Below, in pieces: positions 35,840 to 41,726 of a stretch of DNA of 41,726 nt. The translations under genes were made by a program, and so were the position numbers. The notes beneath the pieces were generated by a model that ran no database searches, was not told the DNA's origin, and was given only the letters and a program-made list of their open reading frames with translations. Source of the stretch: a virus (taxonomy: Duplodnaviria; Caudoviricetes); the IMG/VR virus record IMGVR_UViG_3300012942_000020, positions 1 to 41,726 of that record, one strand, 5' to 3'. Positions within the stretch are counted from its first letter, which is position 1. Each line of letters opens with the position of its first letter.

Positions 35840-36000
35840 CATGCCTTCATTCTGGCCAGTCAGGCGAGGCAGTACAAGGCTTTCAGCTATCAGGAGGCAT
35901 AACCTAGCCTAAGCCTGACTTGCCTCTGTACGCCGCTCCTAAGCCGATTTAGAGGCATATGATTTAATCAATGATATTAGATGATATTTACAGTTGTTTA

Positions 36001-36077
36001 TAAGTATTCACAAGTATTCATACTTATCTATACTTACAAATAGTAGTATTGACATAGACTTATACTTATAGTATAGT
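36001..36077 (+). promoter_or_regulatory. Sigma70 promoter with operator-like AAGTAT/ATACTT array
   Basis: TTGACA 36049-54, N17, TATAGT 36072-77; half-sites at 36002, 36012, 36020, 36030 and 36062. Confidence 0.8.
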
Positions 36078-36133
36078 TATAAAATGATGAGTAATTATAG
36101 TAATTACTCACTTACCTAATCAGGGGGCTGATT

Positions 36134-36295
36134 ATGTTTGCAATCAAAAGCAGGCTATATCGCTTTATAACCTTAGATAATAAGTTATTTATTCACTTTA
36201 TTATTAAGGTTACAACTAAGCATAACATTCATATGTTCTTTATCGGCATGAAGCCTAAGCTTAGTTGTGAAACACATTCCTACAAGTTAATCTAA
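36134..36295 (+). CDS. 53-aa basic hypothetical protein (not in ORF track)
   Basis: AGGGGG RBS; lies between a promoter and a terminator. Confidence 0.6.
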   Translation: MFAIKSRLYRFITLDNKLFIHFIIKVTTKHNIHMFFIGMKPKLSCETHSYKLI

Positions 36296-36298
36296 ACC

Positions 36299-36330
36299 AA
36301 ACCCCTTGATAATTCTGTCAAGGGGTTTTT
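36299..36330 (+). terminator. Intrinsic terminator
   Basis: aaccccttgata/tgtcaaggggtt followed by a T run. Confidence 0.9.
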
Positions 36331-36401
36331 GTCATGTTCAATCAATTTAATTCATGTGTTGTAATTATACCATGAATTAAATGTAGTTATAGGAGATAGT
36401 T

Positions 36402-36728
36402 ATGGATAGTGAAAGAAAAGAGTTTTTAAATACAGTCTTAGAAAGACTTAATCAATTAAAAGAGTTTGGGCCAAGTAATTTTGGTATAGGAATTTGTCCT
36501 AATATTAAAATACCAACAATAAGTTTAACTGAGTTTTTTGAATCTTGGCCTAAGTATTCAGGTCGGTATGTTTTTCCTATTACCATTAAAGATTTTGATG
36601 CTGGAGATTTATATGTAAATACAATAAATCAATGGGATAAATCAACTGAATATGGTCAGCTTAGATGGGAATTAGTTGACCATATGATTAATGAAATAGA
36701 GAAGGAATTAGCTAATGACTCGAATTAA
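36402..36728 (+). CDS. Hypothetical protein
   Basis: AGGAG RBS; GIC...WPKYSG...P...W...YG..R pattern seen in phage early proteins. Confidence 0.8.
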   Translation: MDSERKEFLNTVLERLNQLKEFGPSNFGIGICPNIKIPTISLTEFFESWPKYSGRYVFPITIKDFDAGDLYVNTINQWDKSTEYGQLRWELVDHMINEIEKELANDSN

Positions 36729-37146
36729 TGTAATTCCTGTTGAAGAACTCTCTGATAAGCATTTACTTGCTGAGTTTAGAGAATTGCCTCGCATACCTAA
36801 TGCAGTTAAATCATTACGATTTAATTGTAATAACATGCCTAGTGAATACACATTAGGAACAGGTCATGTTAAGTTTTTCTATAAAAGACTTGGCTATCTT
36901 AAATCAAGATATAATGAGCTATATGCTGAATGCTTATTTAGAGGATTTGCAGTAACTTATTACTATGACCTATTCGAGCCTCTACAATCATCTGATTATC
37001 TATTTGGTGATTATGAACCTACAGATGAAGCAATAGTAATTAATCGGGAGCGTATTATTGATCGTTTTCCTAGTGATTGCAGATTTACAAAGAGAAATAT
37101 TCCTCTTTGGGTGCTTAGAGTAATGCAAAGGAAACTAAACACATGA
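36715..37146 (+). CDS. denV: Pyrimidine-dimer DNA glycosylase / endonuclease V
   Basis: MTRIN...L.DKHLLAEFRELPRI...LGTGHVKFFY; catalytic Thr2 and Glu23 retained. Confidence 0.95.
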   Translation: MTRINVIPVEELSDKHLLAEFRELPRIPNAVKSLRFNCNNMPSEYTLGTGHVKFFYKRLGYLKSRYNELYAECLFRGFAVTYYYDLFEPLQSSDYLFGDYEPTDEAIVINRERIIDRFPSDCRFTKRNIPLWVLRVMQRKLNT

Positions 37147-37265
37147 CTATTCTAATCACAATCTTAATAATTCTTTATATAGTCTATTGGATAGGAGCAA
37201 GAGCTATATCTAAAGAATGTAAAGAAAGAGGTATAACTATCAAGCAATGGCTTGATGAACATTAA
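37143..37265 (+). CDS. 40-aa membrane-anchored peptide
   Basis: ATGA-coupled; MTILITILIILYIVYW. Confidence 0.55.
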   Translation: MTILITILIILYIVYWIGARAISKECKERGITIKQWLDEH

Positions 37266-37274
37266 GTAGTTATC

Positions 37275-37433
37275 ATGAAAGATGATAATCTTAACTCAAT
37301 TAAAGTAATTGATGATCCTATGCATGAATTACTTTTCTATGAAATAGATACAGGTGATGATACTGTATTTATAATACCTAATCTATGGAATGAAAATGAA
37401 GAAACTAGTATTTTACCAAGACTTGAAGACTAA
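37275..37433 (+). CDS. 52-aa acidic peptide
   Basis: Open frame MKDDNLNSIK...PRLED; weak RBS. Confidence 0.45.
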   Translation: MKDDNLNSIKVIDDPMHELLFYEIDTGDDTVFIIPNLWNENEETSILPRLED

Positions 37434-37590
37434 ATCTAAGCAATTAGGTTTAACTTTAAAGAAACATAAGAATAATTCATCTATGATATTATCAGATGAT
37501 AATGGTAATGTTGTAGGTAGGACTAATTCTTATCAAACTATGATGCAAATCTTACAATCAATTGAGGATGAAAGAAATGAAAAAACTTAA
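37390..37590 (+). CDS. Hypothetical protein
   Basis: ORF track; packed. Confidence 0.6.
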   Translation: MKMKKLVFYQDLKTKSKQLGLTLKKHKNNSSMILSDDNGNVVGRTNSYQTMMQILQSIEDERNEKT

Positions 37591-37750
37591 ACATATCGTT
37601 ACAAGTAATTATTTGCCTGATACTGAGGCATATTTACTTAATAGTCTAGGTAAGAGAATTAATCTCTATAATATAGCTAAGAACATCTTAGCATTATGGG
37701 GATTATTTACTATTGTCTGGATTATATTAGTATATTTACTAGGTGAATAA
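37577..37750 (+). CDS. Small protein with C-terminal TM
   Basis: GAGGA before ATG 37577; hydrophobic C-terminus. Confidence 0.6.
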   Translation: MKKLKHIVTSNYLPDTEAYLLNSLGKRINLYNIAKNILALWGLFTIVWIILVYLLGE

Positions 37751-37822
37751 ATAATATTCATAAACAGGTGAGTGTTGCTAAGAATTAGCTAAGACTTACA
37801 TTAGCAAGTCTAGGGGACTATA

Positions 37823-38110
37823 ATGCGTAATAAACTGCCTTATGTGTTTGTAACATTTCGCAAACATAAAACATCTAATTTAATTTATGCAGTATTTAAT
37901 CAAACATTTGATCCTAGTAATGAGTTAATCCAAGTCTTTTTTAATGATCATCATGAGTTATTCTCAGCAACATTCATTTTAAATGAGACTACTAAAGCAT
38001 CATTTAATGACTGTAATAATCTAATACAACAACTCAAGTCTATATATGAAGTATATGTAGATGGTTTAGCAGGTATAATAAAGCCTGTGCCTTATTTACC
38101 TTTTAAGTAG
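37823..38110 (+). CDS. Hypothetical protein
   Basis: AGGGGA RBS. Confidence 0.7.
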   Translation: MRNKLPYVFVTFRKHKTSNLIYAVFNQTFDPSNELIQVFFNDHHELFSATFILNETTKASFNDCNNLIQQLKSIYEVYVDGLAGIIKPVPYLPFK

Positions 38111-38121
38111 GAGATATAGAA

Positions 38122-39021
38122 ATGACCAATCTTAAGTTTAAATCTGGTGATAAAGTAAAAATTAAAGTTAAATTAGGTGGGTATAAAAATAAAGATTATC
38201 CTGAAAAAGGAGAAATTTGCACACTACTTAAAACAGATGAAATTAATTCTGATGGAAGTATTGTTTGGGTATTTGCAGAATATCCTAAAGCTAAAATGGC
38301 TAATAAAAATATTCAATCAGAATTAAATAGGTGGTTTGAGCTTGTTTATGAAGATAAAGATGAAAAGGAAACTGAAATGCTTAAATATGAAGATATTGTT
38401 GAAGGTGCAGAAATTGAATGCATTGAAACTGTTGAATTAAATAATGCCAAGTTTACTAAAGGTCATATATACAAAGTAGAAGTTTATAAACATATTTATA
38501 AACATATTAATGAAACTCTTTTAATTAATACAGATCAACCAAAAGATGGGTATGATAATTATGCATATTTAAAATCAAATTGTGATTTATCAGATCGTTA
38601 TAAATACTTTAAACTTGTTAAAAGGGAAACTGAAATGACTAACACACCTGTATTACTTGATCCTGAAATTTATGCAGTAGGTACTATTCATAAAGATAAG
38701 AATGGCACTGTATATAAAATTATTGCACGTGATATACCAAGTAATAATTTTAAATCTGGTGTAATGTTGATTTGTATGGATATAGATGATGAGAGCTTGA
38801 AAAGTTTTGATCAAAATACAGGACAAATTGCTTATAGTGGTACATGTAGCTATGATCTAGTAATTACTAAAAAGAAAATTAAATATTGGATTAGTTTTTA
38901 TAAAACTGATGCTTTTGCATATGTTTCTTTGCATGAAACAAAAGAAAATGCTGATAATCCTAAAATACCTAATCGTATTGCTTGTATTCAAGTAGAATTT
39001 GAAGAAGGTGAAGGACTTTAA
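38122..39021 (+). CDS. Three-module hypothetical protein with in-frame internal starts
   Basis: aaaagg(g)aaactgaaATG at 38377 and 38635. Confidence 0.75.
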   Translation: MTNLKFKSGDKVKIKVKLGGYKNKDYPEKGEICTLLKTDEINSDGSIVWVFAEYPKAKMANKNIQSELNRWFELVYEDKDEKETEMLKYEDIVEGAEIECIETVELNNAKFTKGHIYKVEVYKHIYKHINETLLINTDQPKDGYDNYAYLKSNCDLSDRYKYFKLVKRETEMTNTPVLLDPEIYAVGTIHKDKNGTVYKIIARDIPSNNFKSGVMLICMDIDDESLKSFDQNTGQIAYSGTCSYDLVITKKKIKYWISFYKTDAFAYVSLHETKENADNPKIPNRIACIQVEFEEGEGL

Positions 39022-39023
39022 TT

Positions 39024-40217
39024 ATGGCTATAACATTTCAAAATAAAGGTCTTATTGATCTTACATGCATCACTACATTTGGTATTAGTGTTAAAGATAA
39101 TGATGATGCAATTGGTTTCTTTGGCTCAGGACTAAAGTATGCAATTGCTATCATTATTCGTAATAGAGGTAAAATTACTCTCTATAGAGGTTTAGATAAA
39201 TATGAATTTTACTCTAAATCTCATGATGTTAAAGGTAAAACATTTGATGTTATCTATATGAAGCATCAAGATGATGAAACTCAACTTGGTTTTACTACTC
39301 GAACAGGCATTAATTGGGAGTTGTGGCAAGCATTTAGAGAATTGTATTGTAATGCTTTAGATGAACATGGTGAAGTGTTACAAGAAACTGCAATTCCTCT
39401 TGATGATCACACAACTATTGAAGTTGATTTAAATGAGTTTGATCAACTATATAATATGCGTGATTATATTGTATTGCCTAATAGATTTGATTATAAAAAT
39501 GATCGTGTAGCAATTATTAAGAGACCATCTAAATATCTATATTATAGGAATATTAGAGCAGTTGAGTTACAACCTGATAGACCTGCTCTATTTACTTATA
39601 ATGTATTATATCAACAAACCCTTACAGAAGATAGAACACTTAAATATCCTTATGTAGCAACATCTGAAATTGCTCATGCTATTGCTGTTTGTAATGATAA
39701 AGAAATAATTCAAGCAGTCTTAACATGTGATAATGAATATGAATCAGCTTTACCTCTAACAGCCTATTCGCATCTTACATCACAAGTATTCTTAGATACT
39801 CTTAAAGAATTAATGCATCTAACACTTAAAACAAAGCATCCTCAATTTGATGATTTGTGTAAGGCATTATTTCCTAAAGAATATCAAACACCTGATGTAA
39901 AGCTAGATAGTATTCAACAAAGGCAGTTTGATAAAGCTTTAGAAGTAAATCTAGCACTAGGATTTGATATTCTAGAATATCCTGTTAGGTTTAAACAATC
40001 TCTAGGATATAATATCTTAGGAGAAGCTAAAGATAAGACAATCTTTATATCTATGGATTGTTTTGAATTAGGAACAAAGATGCTAGCAGGTACTCTATTT
40101 GAAGAATATGTGCATCTAAAGACAAATCATGAAGATAATAGTAGAGGTATGCAAAATTATCTAATCAATATGATTATGTCTATGACAGAAAAATATGTAA
40201 CTAAGGAGCCTATTTAG
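39024..40217 (+). CDS. GHKL-like ATPase (permuted motif order) with C-terminal EExxH motif
   Basis: NKG, IGFFGSGLK, then RELYCNALDE; LFEEYVH...H near the C-terminus. Confidence 0.65.
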   Translation: MAITFQNKGLIDLTCITTFGISVKDNDDAIGFFGSGLKYAIAIIIRNRGKITLYRGLDKYEFYSKSHDVKGKTFDVIYMKHQDDETQLGFTTRTGINWELWQAFRELYCNALDEHGEVLQETAIPLDDHTTIEVDLNEFDQLYNMRDYIVLPNRFDYKNDRVAIIKRPSKYLYYRNIRAVELQPDRPALFTYNVLYQQTLTEDRTLKYPYVATSEIAHAIAVCNDKEIIQAVLTCDNEYESALPLTAYSHLTSQVFLDTLKELMHLTLKTKHPQFDDLCKALFPKEYQTPDVKLDSIQQRQFDKALEVNLALGFDILEYPVRFKQSLGYNILGEAKDKTIFISMDCFELGTKMLAGTLFEEYVHLKTNHEDNSRGMQNYLINMIMSMTEKYVTKEPI

Positions 40218-40225
40218 ATAAAGAA

Positions 40226-40260
40226 AAAGCCTAGTGAACTTAATCACTAGGCTTTATTTT
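40226..40260 (+). terminator. Intrinsic terminator
   Basis: aaagcctagtga/tcactaggcttt followed by atttt. Confidence 0.85.
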
Positions 40261-40271
40261 AATTTAATAAT

Positions 40272-40571
40272 ATGGGTGTTAAAATGGCTAGTTATTATGA
40301 ATGTAATATAACATTATTAGACGATAAAGAAAAATGTCAAAAAGAAATACAAGAAATTAATTGGTCATTTTCTTGTATTGATAATGATATTATTTTAGGT
40401 AAGGGTATTAAATGCTATGCGACATATCATTATAATGAAAAATATTCTAAAGAAATAATTATTAAAGAAGTAAATAAATTTGCTGATATTTTAATCTCAA
40501 AAGGATTAAATGTGATAAGAGAAAAGGTTGAATTAGTTATTTATGATAGTAAAAGTTCTAAAATAAGATAG
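40272..40571 (+). CDS. Hypothetical protein (start possibly 40284)
   Basis: ORF track. Confidence 0.65.
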   Translation: MGVKMASYYECNITLLDDKEKCQKEIQEINWSFSCIDNDIILGKGIKCYATYHYNEKYSKEIIIKEVNKFADILISKGLNVIREKVELVIYDSKSSKIR

Positions 40572-40759
40572 AAAAGAAATAAAAAATCGAAAAAAGTTGC
40601 ATTAATTCATTTTTCATCACTTCGTTCTGAAAAAAGTGAGGGCACCTGTGCCCCACTAGTATTCCGTCTATGGGTCGAAGACATACCATATTTTTCGGCT
40701 GTCTGCAAGGGCCTGCCTGTGATAAAATCGCTTTGAGGGGCATTTTTTAGGAGAGTGTG

Positions 40760-40936
40760 ATGAAAAAGAATTGGATAGCTAAAGCAACTAAGAATAAAGG
40801 TGCATTGCATAAAGCTTTAGGAGTTAAACAAGGGGATAAAATCCCTTTAAAGAAGATTAACAAAGCTGCTAAAGGTAATGGTAAAGTAGCTAAAGAAGCT
40901 AGATTAGCTAAAACATTAAGGAGTTTTAAGAAATGA
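40760..40936 (+). CDS. 58-aa highly basic protein (not in ORF track)
   Basis: AGGAG RBS; MKKNWIAKATKNKGALHKALGVKQGDKIP...ARLAKTL. Confidence 0.85.
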   Translation: MKKNWIAKATKNKGALHKALGVKQGDKIPLKKINKAAKGNGKVAKEARLAKTLRSFKK

Positions 40937-41169
40937 ATGATAATCAAATTAAATCAGAATTTACACTTGCTGATGTTACAGCTTTACAAAAACAAATGTA
41001 TCCTTTATTTGTAGGTAAACCATTTGATTTAGTATTTCAAGCATTAGTTAATTCCATTATTGATGGTATGCAAATTGCTTATCAAGTACCAGATGATAAA
41101 GTAATTGATACTATTATTACATATGTTAAAGGCTTTACTCCTCCTGAACACGAAGGAACTATTCAATGA
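40933..41169 (+). CDS. Hypothetical protein
   Basis: AAGGAG RBS; ATGA-coupled. Confidence 0.75.
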   Translation: MNDNQIKSEFTLADVTALQKQMYPLFVGKPFDLVFQALVNSIIDGMQIAYQVPDDKVIDTIITYVKGFTPPEHEGTIQ

Positions 41170-41351
41170 GTTTATCTCAAAGAGCATTAACTACTTTATC
41201 TAAACTAAAGATGAAGTATCCTAAAAACTCTTTTAGATATAATATGTATAAAAAACTTTTATTCGTTGCTATGTATTCAGGATTTCCTAATCTTAGATAC
41301 CTACATGATGTAATTAAGCAAAATTTGGCAAAGGAACGTCTTTATGATTAA
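41166..41351 (+). CDS. Hypothetical protein
   Basis: ATGA-coupled. Confidence 0.65.
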   Translation: MSLSQRALTTLSKLKMKYPKNSFRYNMYKKLLFVAMYSGFPNLRYLHDVIKQNLAKERLYD

Positions 41352-41532
41352 AGTTAAACTTATTCAAGATGAAGACGTAGTTAATCAATCTAAGCATAAG
41401 CAAGTAAATCTAACAAAAGGATTTACTTATAAAGCTAAGAAGATTAGCCATACTTTATACATGATTTGGTTAGGTAAGAAGTATCAAGGTGTCTTTAATC
41501 GAAATAACTTTAAAGAACATCATGCCTCTTGA
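41344..41532 (+). CDS. Hypothetical small beta-rich protein
   Basis: AAGGA RBS; LTKGFTYK resembles FTKGHIYK in 38122-39021. Confidence 0.65.
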   Translation: MIKVKLIQDEDVVNQSKHKQVNLTKGFTYKAKKISHTLYMIWLGKKYQGVFNRNNFKEHHAS

Positions 41533-41557
41533 CACAGCCTTTTACTTAGGCTATAGT
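41529..41557 (+). promoter_or_regulatory. Sigma70 promoter for tRNA-Leu
   Basis: TTGACA-N17-TATAGT, 18 nt before the tRNA. Confidence 0.85.
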
Positions 41558-41575
41558 TAGAGAATAAAGAGTTTA

Positions 41576-41662
41576 GCCCTCTTGGCGAAATTGGTAGACG
41601 CAAAAGACTTAAAATCTTTCGATTTAAATATCATATCGGTTCGAGTCCGATAGAGGGCACCA
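41576..41662 (+). tRNA. tRNA-Leu(TAA)
   Basis: gccctct/agagggc acceptor; aaaga-ctTAAaa-tcttt; long variable arm; ggttcgagtcc; CCA. Confidence 0.95.
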
Positions 41663-41726
41663 CAATTGATCACCGCTATTAGGTGATCTAGTCTATGCAA
41701 GTTTTTTGCTTATGCGCATAGATGAA
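41604..41726. repeat. Terminal direct repeat, right copy
   Basis: Identical to 1-123. Confidence 0.95.

Noticed and set aside
34133-40947. Minus-strand ORFs 34133-34333, 34712-34942, 35042-35302, 40558-40743, 40607-40810 and 40747-40947
   Set aside because: Antisense to the plus-strand early arm; 40747-40947 shadows the real 58-aa gene.

Overview
The window is an apparently complete, circularly closed, AT-rich phage genome of about 41.6 kb; bases 1-123 repeat at 41604-41726. The minus strand (14272-33136) carries a P22-like podovirus morphogenesis and lysis arm: TerS, TerL, portal, scaffold, coat, gp4, gp10, three ejection proteins, two receptor-binding proteins, a lysozyme and a holin. The plus strand (33.7 kb through the join to 14.2 kb) carries early and replication genes: DenV, a permuted GHKL-like ATPase, three tRNAs, ThyX, DUF932, a Cas4-like nuclease, a Sak4-like ATPase, SSB, a RecD-like helicase, MazG and a family A polymerase with a UDG-like N-terminus. 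I could not recognise an integrase, CI-type repressor or primase. Promoter, boxA and SOS-box motifs point to an alphaproteobacterial host (inference). The most striking feature is the first early operon (33687-36000), which is built like an rRNA operon. It has a consensus promoter with a 16-bp spacer and a boxA-like element before each of three ORFs. The first two ORFs are each looped out by a ~31-34 bp leader-trailer RNA helix containing G-U wobbles. All product calls come from motif recognition by eye; no database searches were run.
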